Below are positions 47,291-63,563 of a stretch of 64,000 nucleotides of DNA, one piece after another. Within the stretch, counting starts at the first letter, position 1, and each line of letters opens with the position of its first letter. The notes beneath the pieces are model-generated. The model did not search any database, was not told the origin of the DNA, and saw only the letters and a list, made by a program, of their open reading frames with translations. Origin of the DNA: the human T2T-CHM13v2.0 reference genome, Homo sapiens; the NCBI RefSeq assembly GCF_009914755.1, contig NC_060941.1, one strand, 5' to 3'. The translations under genes were made by a program, and so were the position numbers.

Positions 47291-50200
47291 GATTTGAAGG
47301 AGCTCTTGATATGTTCTTATATTAATCCTTTTGGTATGTGTATTGCAACATAATCTCCCATTTGTAACTTGTTTTTAAGTTGTCTCCTTAAAAAGTATGT
47401 TAATATTTTTATTGAAAAGATGTATAGGTTTAACAAATTGTAGTAGCTCCACTATCCAGACAACCATTTTCATTTTTATTGACCTTCTAGTCCCTGTACA
47501 CATTAAACAAACTCCACCCCAGAGTTACATACTATAATGAGTAACTCAATGCAATTATCAATTTCTACAACATGCAATGCTACCCTAAGAACTGCCGCAA
47601 ATTTTAAGTCCAGAAGACAAAGAAACAGAAACATAGCAAAAGATAAATATTTACAAATACAGTGTAGAAAACTGCAAAATATTTCAACAGTTTTAAAAAA
47701 TGCTTTCTTTCAGGCAGACTCCAGGGACAACAGTGAGCAGGGAACCGCGGACAGTCTCCAGATCTCAGAAAGAGGAACTTGAGCAAAAACGAAACAGAAA
47801 AAAAAAAAAAAAAACAAGAAAAACTATTCTTTCGAAACCTTCCAGCCACCTCAAAGTGAGACCCGTAAGCAAACAGGTATACTTCAGAAGTCTCTAATTC
47901 TCATTAGTTGACTTTCAGTAATCGATGTTGGCCCCATGCAGATGTTTTAAATCACTAACACAAACATTGCTGTCTTTGGTATTCTTGCAGTGTTTTCATT
48001 TATGAGAAAACCTGCAGAAGAAACTGCTTGAACCAAAGCAAAGTAGCAAGGAAACAGGTTACTATATAATCAGAAGGCCCTAAGAAAGGTAGCAGCAGGT
48101 CATATAATTACCTCCTTGTGGATAAAATCCCTGTCCTCAAACTACGCAACCTACTACCTGTACTTCTTCCTTAGGAACCAATTTTTTCTTGCCAGTCTTC
48201 TACTTGGCAGATGCCCTTTAAAGAAACCTGTGAAATTAAGCCACCTTTTTTGATTTTTTTTTCCAAATTCAAACCAATTAGAATTGTTTCACAGATGCTT
48301 TTAAAAAGTTATTGGCCATATGATGTTCATCAAAACCACAAATGCATTTGCTTAAAACCAAACTTCAAATAAGTTAGGAAGGGGCGAAAGTAATTCAATT
48401 ACATTAGAAGATGCAAACCAGTAGTCTAAGCCTCAGCCCACCATATATTGTTGGAGCACATATTTTATTGAAAGCGTTTAATCTTCAAAATTCAAACATC
48501 AAATCTCATAAAATCTCCGGCCTTCCTTGATCAATTAGAAAAGTAGATGACACAATGTAACTCCTGCTTGCTGCCTATCACCTGGAGCAAATTAACACCC
48601 TGCCTGTCCCCTTTAGATGCCATGCGTTTTCTAGTCATAGTCAGCTCCTCCTGGGACTCTGAAGGTATTTCAGCTTTTCAGTTTTTGACCCCTGAATTAT
48701 AGTAAATGGAAGCAAATTCTGATCATGATTTTTGTCAACATTAAAAACAAGCTTTTTGAAACTGTCACTCTCTCCGCAATGGTACTTTTAAGTATTTTTA
48801 CAAAATGTACCCATTCTCCATAATTTGGTCCGCTTACTCCGCCTGGCTATTAAGGCTGTAAAATGGACCCTTATGTAATTAATGAAACATGTAAATTCAT
48901 TTTTCTCCAGGCCTTACTTAGTTAATTAGTTAGAAAAAGATAAGTTTCCAACTGCAGAGTAGTAGTAATATCTACAGTGGAGACACATGTCAGAAAACCA
49001 CAAAATTCCTGTGAATGAAAGAATGACTGTACTTGCCTCATGTTCTGCAGGCAAGTTATGCATGTTGTCAGTTTAACTAAGATTATGCCAAAGAGAATTT
49101 CGTGAACATTCTCACTTTTCTTTGGCATACACCGAAAGGCAACAAATGTAAGTTTGTTTTTTTTTTCCCCAATGTTTACGCAATTTGGAACAAAGACCAA
49201 TTATCAATGTAGGTGCCCTACCATACGTCTGGGAATACATAAAAAGCACAAATGTGGTCCAGGATACATCACTTTTTTTGGGCCCACCCAAGGGAGAGTT
49301 TGATGTTTCCTCTTACGTAAAGTTACTGTTGTCAATGGCACTGCACTAGATATTAACATTCAAGATAAATGAAAATATTTGTGAGGTGGTAACCTTTTCC
49401 TCACCTTCACACTTTGCCCCTTTTCCCTCTTGTCCCAAAATAAAATAAACAGCAAACACTTAAAACAGGGAGCTTTTAGCCTTGCTTGGCTATAAGGCGC
49501 AAGGTAGAATATGGTTTGGCTATTGGAAGAAAGCTGAAACATGGACCTTTCACAGGTATTAAAATTCAAGGTAACCTTTTTAGCATTTTGCTTCTATTTT
49601 ATTTAAAGCAACAAATTATAGATGTCTCATCTGACATTTTCAAGTAATTCCCCCTTTGTGAATAAAGGACCACTTCAAGTTTAGGGAGCAAAGTTCAGAG
49701 CTTAGCGACTTACCAGGGAGCAAGGGTAGAGTGCAGAGCCCATGTCTCCTTTTCCAGGCTGGTGGCGAAACTGCCTAAATCAGCACAGCAATGCGGCAGT
49801 GCTCACAGCATTCTCCAATGCCATCCAAAACCAAACTGGGAATGAATCATAACAGACATGACTTTCTTTCAGCTTAGAGAGTGCTCTTCAATTTGTATTT
49901 ACCTTTACCACTCAGAACCTCACCTTGGACACAGATATCAGGATGTAAGGCAGTGAACCCACTGACAATTCCAAAGGGACCTAGTCCCCTATTAAGATTT
50001 CTCGAGGAGTCCTTACTTTCTCCACTCTTTGAGATTGTTGCTTAATTTCAAATTTCTGAAATATACCATATGTGAAAATTGTAAATGTTAAATCACTGCA
50101 TCTATTGTACTACAGTTGAACAGAGAAAATTAACAACTGATAAACTGTAAATACAAAAGAATGTCAAAATTTATTATTCTGAGTTTTAATATCATCTAGA

Positions 50201-50340
50201 TAAAAACAAACAAAATAATGTAGCAAGCCTACTCCTCAGTCAAGTTGTCGTTTTATGAAAGAAAAATCAATTTTAATACACATGTATCAATCTCTTATTT
50301 TATAGTCAAAACTCCTCTGTCTTAAGACACAAGGTTAAAT

Positions 50341-50645
50341 TGTCACCCTTAGCAAACTAACACAGGAACAGAAAACCAAACACCGCATGTTCTCACTCAT
50401 AAGTGGGAGTTGAACAATGAGAACACATGGACACGGGGAGGGGAACATCACACACAGGGGTCGGGGGAAAGGGGAGGAAGAGAGCATTAGGACAAATATC
50501 TAATGCATGCGGGGATTAAAACCTAGATGATGGATTGATAGGGGCAGCAAACCACCATGGCACATGTATACCTATGTAACAAACCTGCACATTCTGCACA
50601 AGTATCTCAGAACTTAAAGTATAAATAAATAAATAAATAAATAAA
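50341..50645 (+). mobile_element. L1PA (about PA7/8) 3' end with (TAAA)n tail
   Basis: AGCAAACTAACACAGGAACAGAAAACC...GAACTTAAAGTA. Confidence 0.9.
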
Positions 50646-51082
50646 CACATATATATATTTAAAAGTTTTAAAACTAAAAAAAACCCCTATTCTCCAAGAT
50701 TTAAAAAATATTTCTATTAATATTTTCTATTAAAAATTTTAAAGACTTTTTAAACATTTAACCATGTGGAGTTGATTTTTATATATCATGTAATGTAAGG
50801 ATCCAATTTAATTTATTTGATAGGGATTACCATTTTTCCAGGCCTAATTTTTGAATGGTCTCTCCTTTCCCCATTAATCTGACACACAAACCATATCATA
50901 TAACATAGCTTTATACATACGTGCTTTTGTTCCTGGACTTTTGTATATCATTTTATTGGTCAGCTTGTGTATCGCTGCATTGACGTACAACTCATAACAA
51001 GTTGTGGTATCTGGTAACGTAAATCCCCTCTGGGATTTTTTTTGTTTTAACTGGAAGTGTCTGTCTATTTTTACCCTTTTGT

Positions 51083-51365
<283 letters not shown>

Positions 51366-52012
51366 CCTTTTATTCTTCTTTAAAATTTTTTTAGCCATTT
51401 CATCAAGTTCCAGGAAACACTCTGTTGGGCACCAAGCTATGCTCTTACTATATACTGGCTTATTGAACCCCAACAGTTACCCAGTGAAGGTCAATATTAT
51501 TCTCCCCATACTATAGATGAGGTGCACAGAATAGACTGGCTCCACAGCTTCAAAGTAGAAGCTCCAAGATTCAAACCCAGGCATGTCTGACTTGAGAGCC
51601 CCTGTCATGCCCACATCACACAGTTTGGGTTGGCATGTGCCCAGCTAGGAGATGCTGAGTCAATCCTGCCCTCTGGGACCCACAGAAAGGGGAGGTTGTC
51701 AAAGGTCTCATGGAACAGCTGGTGTTTCCTGTCATTGTTCTGCATGCCTCCCTGTCCCCAGTTCAGCCATGCAGCGCCGGGGGTGGGAGTGGGACGCCTG
51801 AGCCCACAGAACCTGGTAGGTCTGCAGAGTCACTAGTGGTGTATGTCTGTCACTTTGCTGAGGATTCCTAGCGACAGCAGAAACCATGCAGGCTGCGTTT
51901 GAGGTAGCTCATTTTCGCTAATTAAGGAAAACAACAGCAAACAGAAGCCTGACATCTGGAGGTGATTCATAGTCTAAGAAAAGGGCAGTTAGTTGGTCTC
52001 CACAGTAGAGGA

Positions 52013-52072
52013 GTCTCTCTCTCTTTCTCTTTCTCTTTCTCTCTCTCTCTCTCTATCTCTGTCTCTCTCTTT
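52013..52072. repeat. (CT)n microsatellite
   Basis: Direct reading. Confidence 0.9.
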
Positions 52073-52299
52073 CCTCCTCACCCCCTGCACCTTAGGACTG
52101 GGGAGATGAGTACATGTGAGTACCTACAGTTCTTGAAAGAGAAGAATATCATCTTATTACTCCCCTTACATACAATGAAACAAAGATGGTTAAATAACTG
52201 GCCAAGTGATTCCATTTCTCTATCCCCTTAGTAGAGGATGTCATATTAAGGCAGCTCATTTGCAAAGTTGTCATGAGCAATGAGAGCTTGTAGTTAGAG

Positions 52300-52470
52300 C
52301 AGTGGCTCTCAGTACTGTGCCAGCAGCTTCCGCATTAGCTGGGAACTTGTTAGAAAGGCCAATTCTTGGGCCCTACTGAGCCTTAAAGTTTTGGGATGAG
52401 GCCCAGTAATCTCTTTAACAAGTCCTCCACCCCGAGTGATTCTGATGCTTCTCACATTTGAGAGCCACTG
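52300..52470. mobile_element. MER5A-type hAT/Charlie MITE
   Basis: Termini CAGTGGCTCTCA / TGAGAGCCACTG; internal GAACTTGTTAGAAA. Confidence 0.75.
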
Positions 52471-54131
52471 ATAGAGGGGATCTTCCACAGCACCTGACAG
52501 AGCGAATTCTCAATCAATGGTAACTATTTGGGCCAGAGCTCAAAATGCTCGTTCATGAAAAGCCAAAGTCTCAGCCTCTGGCTCTGCTGACTCCAGACAA
52601 CTGTTTCCATCAAGTGTCGTCTTAATTCCTAGGAATAAGACCTCTTTCTGGGAAGATTTGTCCCAAGGTCAGACATCGGTGTATTGGTAGAGATTACCTG
52701 GAGATATTCCACTTTAGGGCATGAAAGAATAACAACAGGGCTGAGGTTCAGGCATGTGAAACACTGTGGTTCCTGTGTAATCTTATTTAAGACCCTTGGA
52801 GGTTGAGTCTGGGACTCTCACCAAGTCAAATGTGCATGTGACATTATTATATATGCACACACCTATACATACAGCTTCTCATTCATACATAGGGGTTGTT
52901 AAGTCTCCATTATCCACAAGTAGGTTAGATCTCTACTGAAGTTAACAGGTTGGTTTAGGTTTGACTTAACTTTTATTTGACAGATAGCCTTTGGAATTGA
53001 AAATCATTGTGATAAAACATTAGAGTACATGCAAAAAGATTAATAGTCCTATCAATTTCAAAGAACTACTTGTTTCTCACTTTCCATTATTTAGCTTTTT
53101 CTACATAAATCTTCATATCATCTCAATCATCATGAATGCCAAATTTTGTGTCTTCTTTTTTCACTGAATATCATAAACATTTTCTATGATGCCCCTTAGT
53201 TTTCATAACTGCCATTGTGATGACAGAAAAATATTTCATCAAGCTGAAGTTACACGTCTCAATATATAGATATTTAGCTGGTTATTTAGGTTTTTGATAT
53301 GTAGATATTTATTATAGATATTTAGCTTGTTATTTATAAATAACACTTCTGTGACTACTTTTCTGCAAGTCCCATTTTCTACTTACAATAGTTTTCTTTA
53401 GATTAGCTTCCTAGAAGTGGAATTACAGGAAGAGAGGGCATGACACAACTCTGACTACAGGAACATACAGAAAAAAAACATTAGTTAACTCTGTTGGTAG
53501 CAGTATTAATACACCTGATTTACAAAATGTAGTCTTTATCCCTGAGTGGTATTATTTCTCCCCCTTTTTGACAATTAAATGAGAATTCAATTGTATCCTA
53601 AGTTATTGGTTTAATTTTTCCTTTTGTAAATCCCAGCTCTTCTTTTTTCCTAAAGACACAGCTGGTCAAATTGGGTTTCAAAGAAAATTTATTTCAATTA
53701 GTTTGTACCTATCTTCACATGCATGTGTTTCTGGATACATGTGTGTGTCTGGGTATATGACCATCTCTCTGCATGTGTACCTATATCCATGTGTATGGAA
53801 GAACACATATGTTGTAGACTGTATTTGCCTGAGGTTCCACTGCAGATGCTGTTTCTGAGCATGCATTGGTTGGAATATGTTTATGTGTATGTGCAAATAT
53901 CTACATCTAAATGAGACTGTGGATACAATACAACTAATGAAATCAAACACAGACTACTTGTGGCTTAACACGGTTCTTCCAACTGCACTTTCTTGTTGAC
54001 TGTCACCTTCTTGCATAGCTCCACTAACATAGGGTAAAAACTAATGAATTCCAAGTAACAGCAAAGCATCCAGCGGAATTGAAGTCATTTGATCAGAAAA
54101 AGCAGACAGATCACTACAAGGAGGAAACTGG

Positions 54132-54470
54132 CTTCCTTCTTTCCTTCCTTCCTACCTTCCTTCCTTCCTTTTTTTCCCTTTTTTCCTTATTTCTTTCTTT
54201 TGTGAGACAGGGTCTCTCTCTGCCCAGGCTGGAGTGCATTGGCACAATCACAGCTCACTGCAGCCTTGACCTCCTGGACTCAAGCAATCCTCCCACCTCA
54301 GCCTGTCGAGTAGCTGAGACCACAGGTATGCCACCATGACCAAGTAATTTAAAAACTTTTGTGGTCTCACTATATTGCCAGACTAGTCTCAAATTCCTGG
54401 GCTTAAGCGATCCTCCCGCTTCGGTCTCTCTGAATGTTGAGATTATGGTCACGAGCCACTACACCCAGTC
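54132..54470 (-). mobile_element. AluJ-type element with (CCTT)n-degenerated tail
   Basis: Diverged Alu with GCAGCCTTGACCTCCTGG. Confidence 0.85.
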
Positions 54471-57266
54471 CTGGCTCTTCTTTTCATGCAGAGAATAGAT
54501 ATGTCCTCAGTGGACTTGGTATCCAAAAACCACTTGTCAGGTTAATGACACTGGGCAAGCCACTTTACATTTCCCCAAACCCCAGTCCTGACCCTGTGTT
54601 CTCTGAGTCTAAACTAGTGGTCAGAAGGAAGGATGCTCATGAAAGCTAAATAAGATAGTGCCCATGCCCACAGCTCCTTGTCCGCAGAAGGTGCTCAGAA
54701 GCCACGGCCTCCTATAGGAAAGGGAGCCTTTCTTAAGTCCCTGAAAGAGACAATGAAGGCTCATAATCTTAAGGGTTGCCAAAAGTCTTTGCAAAATTCT
54801 GCCTTGACCAGCGCTAAAGCCTCACACACCATTGCTGAGTACGTGCAGTGTGAGGGTAGACCAAACTCTCTATGCCATGGGGACCTTGGGGAGCTAGTCA
54901 AAAAGTCCACATGGGAAGTGGGAGGGAGTTAGAAATCACTGGGACAAATCTGTACACTCAAGCTTTTAAAAATCCAACAGAACTGCTCTCCTCCTTACAC
55001 CTTTATCCAAACAACTTTTTCAGGGAACCCCAAACTATGACACAGACAAGGGGCAGGGACTGAGGATGGGTGGGCTGCCTACTCACCCCCTCCCTGTCCT
55101 CTGACAGGGGCTTCTAGGGCAATGCCACACTCTGAAAGCCCCCTAGCTGAAAGCCATGCAACTAGATGGCCCCTGAGTCTCTTTCAGCATTGCCAGCCAT
55201 TTGAAGGAAAGCATTCTAAGTCATGGTCTCCAAGCAGTAGCAACAAGGCCAACTAACACTTATTCAGCGTTTTCTACATCCCGGGTTCCACGCTTCACTT
55301 TTTAGATCCTTTCTCTCACTTTATCCTCGTGTATTCCCCAGGAGGAAGACCCTGATAGTATTTTGACAGCACCGCGGCTGCTGTCCTTTTTCCATCATGG
55401 CCCTAGTTACCCAGCCCTGCTAATGCCTGTCTCAGGGCTACCTCCCCCACTAACGAGGAGCCCTTGGAAACAGAGCGCTGGTGCACTGATGAGCCTCTGT
55501 GCAGCTTTGCCTGTGGAATGAACACCCCAACCTAGACCTCCAAGGAGCTGAACAACCCTCCCTAGCACTGCTGGGCTCCAGGCATTTGCAAAGGGCCCTC
55601 AGTTCTGAGAACCCCTCAGGCCTCTGAAGACTCATTCTTCCTCCCTCCCACATATGGTAGCCCTTCTCCATCTCTGGGAAATCCCAGGGCAGCACCTATT
55701 GGGTGCAAAGTGGGTGTTCAGTGGACAAATTTCTTCCCCCGCCAAAACTGCATGGGGGAAGGGACATTCAAACTCTCTTAACTGTAAGGACTCCCCTATC
55801 TGTCCCTCCCTCTGCTTTAGAACTTAATATCACATAGGAGGGTTTGCTTAAGAGCCTGGGCACTGGAGTCAGCTGGACATAAATACAAACTTGCTGATGA
55901 TGTGATTTGGAGCAAATTCTTTAACCTCTCTGAACCTCTAAGAGAAAACAGTTACTAACTCATTATGACCACATAGTGACGTGAGAGTCAAATAAGATAA
56001 TGCACGGAAAGTGCTTCGAACAGTGTCTGGCTCACAGTAAATGCTCAGAGAGAGCTTGGAAAGAAATCCTGCCCTGCCTCAGAGGCTCAGAGCAGCAAGC
56101 AAGAGAGAGCCAGGTGGTCAGAGTGGAACAGGGAGCAGCTAAACTTGATGGGAGACAGGAGCAGGAAGACTGCCCAATTCATGAGAAGCCCAATGCCCAG
56201 TCAGTGGGAGCAGGGGAGGGGACAGTGACTCACCACAGTGACTTACTCAAATAATCTGCCCCACCACCACCACCACCGGCAGACAAAAAAGGAAAATCTA
56301 CCCAAATATTATTAGCCACAGGAAGCAGCAGAGTTTAGGCAGAAAGGCCTTTTGGTGGTAGAAACACATGGACAATGTGCTAGCAAAGCAGAAAAAGAGT
56401 GCCAGGCAGGCAGGAAGGAGAGAAGAGATTAAAAGTCAGGCTGGCTGCAGAACAGAGAGGAAGTCATTGGTAACAGCTTCTCCAGGCCCCACAGCTCCAG
56501 AGAGCAAGGTCAAGGAAGCTAAAAAGATGAAGCCCCTAGGGACCCAGGAAGGTGCCTGCTTCACTCCAGCAAAATGTCCCCTTTCCTTTAATCCAAGATC
56601 TTTTTCCCATGGTCTGAGGCCTGGAAAGAGAAGAGGGACATTTAGCTGGACTAAGCCCCTACTCTGTGCCCAGGACCAGGCTGCAATAAGCTTTACCTCC
56701 TGCTATCTCTCTTGCCTCCAAGAACCCAACAGTGCAGGGGGTAGCACCCCCCAGGCACAGCTGAGAAGCCTGTCGCTAGATACAGGCCAGAGTGGGGATT
56801 TAAACACAGACTAATGGCATGCTTAGCTCCACGCTTTTCCTTTCAGGCAGGTAAAGCATCATGCTGCGGCACTGGGGTTGCCAGTAGCCACTTCCATCAA
56901 TTATGTGTGACCTTGGGCAACCAACTCGTCTCTTTGGGGCTCAGTTTCCATGGCTATAAACCATCACCTACAGCATATGGTGTTGAGAGGATTGAAGGAG
57001 CTAGAGCTGAGCCTGGCTCAGAGCTGGCACTCAGTTTGTGCCACCTGTGGAGCTTGTATTCATCTCAAGAAAAGCCATGCCTCAGGAGAACAGAAGAAAA
57101 CATGCCGTTCCCAGCCCACATTGGTGGTAGTGGAGAGGGCACTGGGCTTGGAGTTCAGAGACCTGAATGGGAGCCCAGGTCAACACCTTCCTAGGGCTGT
57201 GATCTTGGATGAGTCACTAGACTCCTCCAAACCTCAGTGTCCTCATCTCTGCAGTGAAGATAATGG

Positions 57267-57873
<607 letters not shown>

Positions 57874-60800
57874 AGGATAATGACTCTCCTGACTGCACAG
57901 GATCATGGTGGAGGGACATCGTGGAGATGACAGCACCTAGCAGGGATCGGGGGGAGCAGAGACCAGGAGGCACAGACTGGCCTTTCCCCGTGGTGGCAGG
58001 GACTGATCCACTGGTGGCCAGTGACAGGGAGAGGGGAAGGAGCATGGGAGAAGATGCAGATACCCAGAAAGATCCAAACCTCTACCGCAAAGTCAAGGTA
58101 GACATTTCCCCAGCCCCGGGGAGTGAGCCTGATATGCATGGAGCAAAGGTAAATGGGGAGGCTATCAGGCTGGGGTCTCTGTCCTTTTCTTTGTCACCCT
58201 CTGCTCAAGGCAGCCACTAGGGAGCTGACTGGCCACAGGGACTTTCTTGCCATGTAATCCTGGGGAAAGCTGCTCACCCACTTTGTTCCTTCTCTTTTTG
58301 TTGTCCACACTAGGAGACAGTGATTCTCGCCAAGCTCCTGTGTGGGCAGGATGAGAACGAGGAGGAATAAACCACTCAGAAGGAAAGAGATGGAAGATCA
58401 CATAAATAACCACCCAGTGGGGCATTCAACAGTATCTCCCTGGCTGAGGGGTGGGGGTAAGGGCACATCACAGGAAGGTGTGACAGAGGAGGACCAAACC
58501 ACAGAGACGAAAATTAGCAACAAGGCTGGGAAGGGAAACCCTTGTGGGTAAAACTTTGCCTCCACCTCAGCAGCATACATGGGGAGGCAGAGCTGCTGTA
58601 GGGCAAAGTGGGTGTGGGTGGCGGTTCCTCAGCCCCCTGCTCTCTCCCAGCTTCCATCTGGTCTGCGTGAAACCAGAATGGAATTGGAGGGCATGAAAGA
58701 TTTGGGATAATAGACCATTTGTGTCTTTCCTAGCTGTATGGCTATAAGCAAGACCTCACCTTCTTGAGCTTTCATTTTCTCATCTCTGAGATGGAAAGGT
58801 GATATCTACCTTACTGAGTAGTTGGGAGGAGAAAATACAGCTGTAAGAATAGTAACTACTGTTACATGCTGGGGTGCATGCAATTTCATTAAACTTTCAC
58901 GACAACTCTATCCAATGAATGTTTTCATATCCATTTACAGAGAAGGAGACAGACTCAGAGAAGTTAAGTGATTTTCCTATGACAAACAGCTGATAAACAG
59001 CAGGATTAATGTCAGGCCCAAGGGTTGTCAGACTTCATCCACACGTTGGAGCCTGACATAACGTAACTGATAAATAATGATTCATTCACCCCTCCAAAAT
59101 CCCTTCCCTGGTTCCTACTCCATTCCCAGTGGCTGCCTGTGGCTGGGCTCACTCCTCGGTCTTGGTCCAGGACTGTGGTTTCTGTGCAGGCTGCCAGTGA
59201 AGAAGTCTAGGCCTGTGATCCACTTACTCCTGATATCACCTCTCCCTGGAAGTGGCTCCTCAATTTGACCCCACACGCTGATGACAAATACTTAGGGAGG
59301 TGATCTAGCAGGAGGAGGTCTAGTGATACAGGATGCATTCATATCTGTGATCTTGAGCCCAGGCTGCCTTCATGTAGCTTCTTTTGTCTGCTGCTGTACA
59401 GAGGTGGGAGATCATGAACCCAAAAAGGAGACAGTTGAAGGTGTGGAACCCAATGCTGCATCAGGAGAGTTCATTGCAAAGATCACTCGTGACCTAATCC
59501 TCCCCTGAAGAAAACAAGCAGCCACTGGTCTTTACCCTTGAAGTCTCTCTGCTTTCCCTGACAGGATATTGCAAGAATGCTTTGGGATGGAGGGACGAAG
59601 GGTGATGGGCTTTCACCAAGCCCCTGCTGTCTGCCAGGGGTTACAATAGGAACTTGACATGAGTCTCTTCATTGAGGTGCCTCAGCAGTCCTGAAGGACA
59701 GGCATGGTATATTCTTAAAAGAAAGCACTCAGGCTCAAGGAAGTTTGTCAAAGTGCCAAAAGCCACCTAGCTGGTAAGGGTCATCAAGGCCCGTCTGACT
59801 TCATGTCCACGCTCTTTCCTTTCCACCAGGGCCCCAGTGGATCCGCCTGGTTACCATGGGAGACCAGTGCTTCAGACCAGCCATGCCAAGGTAGGTGGAC
59901 CTTGCTTGGTGATGTTCTTCATTGTAGACCTTCCTGCAGATTTCAGTCTCCTTTTCATCTTGAGCCCCAACATGACTGTATCCACAGATCACCTATCTGA
60001 CATGTTTCCTGAGCACTCACTCATTACGCCCAAGGCCCTGTTCTAGAAGCTGGGCAAGGTTATAACATGAAGACTGAGAATCTGTCTTCAGAGAATTTAG
60101 CAGAGAAGAAAGATCTAAGGAAAATGGGACCATAGTGCCAGGGGGGTACGAGTGAAATGCCTTGAGCAATTGAGGGGACAGACAGATCGCCACCTCTCTG
60201 GTGGGAAGGGAATAGCCAAAGAGGTACAGGTCAAGCCAAGCATCTGATTGATAGCTTAGTGTTCAGAGTTGGAAGGGATCTCAAAGGTTTTCTGACCCAA
60301 ACCTCTCATTTTCTACATGAGAAAACGGAGGCCCAGAGGGGAGGGTCATTTGCATAAAGCCACATGACATATGGTCAGCATCAAAGCCAGGTGAGGACCA
60401 GGTTCCCTGACTCAGCACTACCTTTGTTCCTCATATGCCCCCAAGCAAGGCTGACAGGTAATCTAGCAAGTGGAGCCCGGTGCAAATCCACTGCCATAAC
60501 TGTAAGAACTCAGCATGCTTAACATGCCAGCCTTCTGTATCAACTAAAATTGGATTCAGCTGCACAAAGAAACCCAAAACAATCCTAGCTTAAGCATGAG
60601 AGGAGTTTTTAATCTCTCAGATAAAAGTCCACAGGCCTGAGGTCCAGGCTGGTTCTGCAAAGTTGTTAAGGACCAGGCTCCTTCTAGCAGCTTCTCTCTG
60701 CCCCAGTGTATGGCCCCCATCCAACAACCCAAGCTGAGGGCACCTGCACTCCAGGCAGCAGGGGCAAGATGAGGAAGAGGGGCGATGGGGGCATACCCTG

Positions 60801-61647
60801 CCTTTCTACTAGGGTTGCTGAAGGCCATCACAGGACACATCCCTTTCCAGCCTAGAAGTTAGAGCCTTGCTGGATGGGAGGCTAGAAAATGTGGTTTTTA
60901 TTCGGGGTGGCCATGATCCCAGTCAAAATTTCTGTTACAATCGAAGAAAGGAAGAATGGCTATTTGCCTTCGGTTTTCACTTCTAAGTTTGCTTTCTGTA
61001 TCCTGCCTCTTTCAACCTCTCCTTCCCCAGGTCTAGATACCCTGGGTAGCCCCTGCCTTGGTATTCATTGCCTTATCAACAGTTTGAGGTGTGGTCACCT
61101 CCCTGCCCTACTCCTGCACCTTATTCAGCCCAGCAACAGTTGCATTCTCTCGTCGGCCACAGAGGCCACTTGGAATGGGCAGGGCCGCTGCTGGGCTTGG
61201 GGACAACGAGCCTGAGCTCTAATTGACATAGCTCATCACTCACTCTGTGCCCTTCACCTAATTACACCCTCTCTCTGAGCCAGGAGAGAGAGAGAGTGTG
61301 TGTACATTTCATATCCACAGAAAGACAAAATGAAATGAAAGGGAAAACATCCCAAAATGTATCCTACAGATAGGCCCGTAAGTAAGATATACTGTAGCAT
61401 CTTTGAATACTCAAGAAAACTTTTATAATGACAAAATATTGGAAACAAGCTAAATAGCCATTAACTGAAAACTAGTTACTTATATGTTAGCTCTATATAA
61501 TAGAATATTTTGCAACTATTTAGAAAAGTAAAGCCACTTTATGTGTGCTTATATGGAACAATATTCAAAATACATAAAGTACTAATGGAAAAGGATGGAA
61601 CTGCATGCATGGTATATAACCTTTAGGTGAAATCATATTCACTCAAA

Positions 61648-61652
61648 TGTGT

Positions 61653-61692
<40 letters not shown>
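61648..61692. repeat. (TG)n microsatellite
   Basis: Direct reading. Confidence 0.95.
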
Positions 61693-61695
<3 letters not shown>

Positions 61696-63167
61696 CTTCC
61701 TCTGGAAGGATACGTGAGAAAGTGTCTCTAAGAAGAGGGACTGGTGTCGAGGGACAAAGAGAGACTTGCTTTTCAGTATATGAAATTTTTGAATTGTACA
61801 CCAGGAGACATCTAAAATAAAATATAAGAAAGGAAAGGGAAACATCGAGTAATAATTATTTAATCTTTGACCCAGAGACAATTTTCTTCTAGACCTTACA
61901 TGTCCCTTTAGAAAAAGCAAGACACTGGGTAAACCAGCTGAACCCCCATCTGGTTCAGCTCTATCCAAGGTCATTGTCACCACTGCCTTCCCTGGAGTCT
62001 ATGACCCCTCTCCTTCTGACATGGCCCTTGGAGGAAGAGATTACAGTGCTGAGAAAGAGAAAAGAACCAGACAAGGAGGTTTGGAGTCTTGCTATGTTGA
62101 GCTTCTCTCAGGGAACCCCTGCCTGTCCAGCCCACTGTTCCTCTTATGGGGTGAAGGGGATTGAGCAGGATGCTTGTATTGCAAGGGACAAAAAATTTCT
62201 AAGTTGACCTAGCCTAAACCACTGACCTAGTTCAACAGCCCATATAGCCCAATTTATTGCCTCAATGCAATAGAAAACTCAAGAAAGGAGTAGAACTGAA
62301 TCTGGGGGGCACTGGAACAGGGACCTCACAGCCTGTCAGAGCTGCCCTGCCCCCATAGGTCTAATGTCCTCTTCATGGGGCCTTGATTCTTTCCTCCAAT
62401 GGCAGCCTTCACACCAGCAGCTCTGGGCTCATGGCCAAAAGCTCAGGCACTTGAGAAAAAAAGAGTCACTTTCTCCCATCTCCAGTTAGAAAACCCCCAG
62501 GGAATGACAGTCACTGGCCTGGCAGGAGTCAGATACCCACTTCTGCATCAATCAGTGTGACTAGAGGAGCAGGCTTCTATTTCAGGTCCAGCAAGCGCAC
62601 ATCTCCCCATCCATCCCAGCTTACAGGAAGTGTCACTTCCTCCGAGAAGCCTTCCCAAATGCCCCCGATTAAACCCTCATTGCACTGTTTTCTCCCTCAC
62701 TGCACTTGTCTGAGCTCCAGTTTCATTCATGTGTCTGTGATTATTTATTTGATTAGTATCTGTCTCCTCCCCTAAATACAAGCTCCGTGAGAGCAAGGAC
62801 CAGTCTGGATTTGCCCTTCTTGAATACATAGCCCTTTGCATGGGTCTGGCACACGGTGGCAGAAAGTGGAAATAGGGGGTTTGAAAAACATAATGACAAA
62901 TATGCTGTGGCTGCTTTAGGCCTGGCTGCATTTCCCTGTTGACTGTGGCAGCCCTTATTTTCTCCTTAGAAAACAAGCCCCCTGAAGTTCTTCTGGCAAT
63001 ATCCATCCTCCCACAAACAGGCTTGGGCCTGGTACCTAGTTATTTGTTCAACAGGTATGGATTGAACACCACTATGTGCCTTATGCTTTTCTGGGGTGGG
63101 ATATGTCAATGAGGGACATAGAGAGAAATTCCTTCCTGGTTTGGGGAGACTGAAAAGAGACAAATGA

Positions 63168-63563
<396 letters not shown>

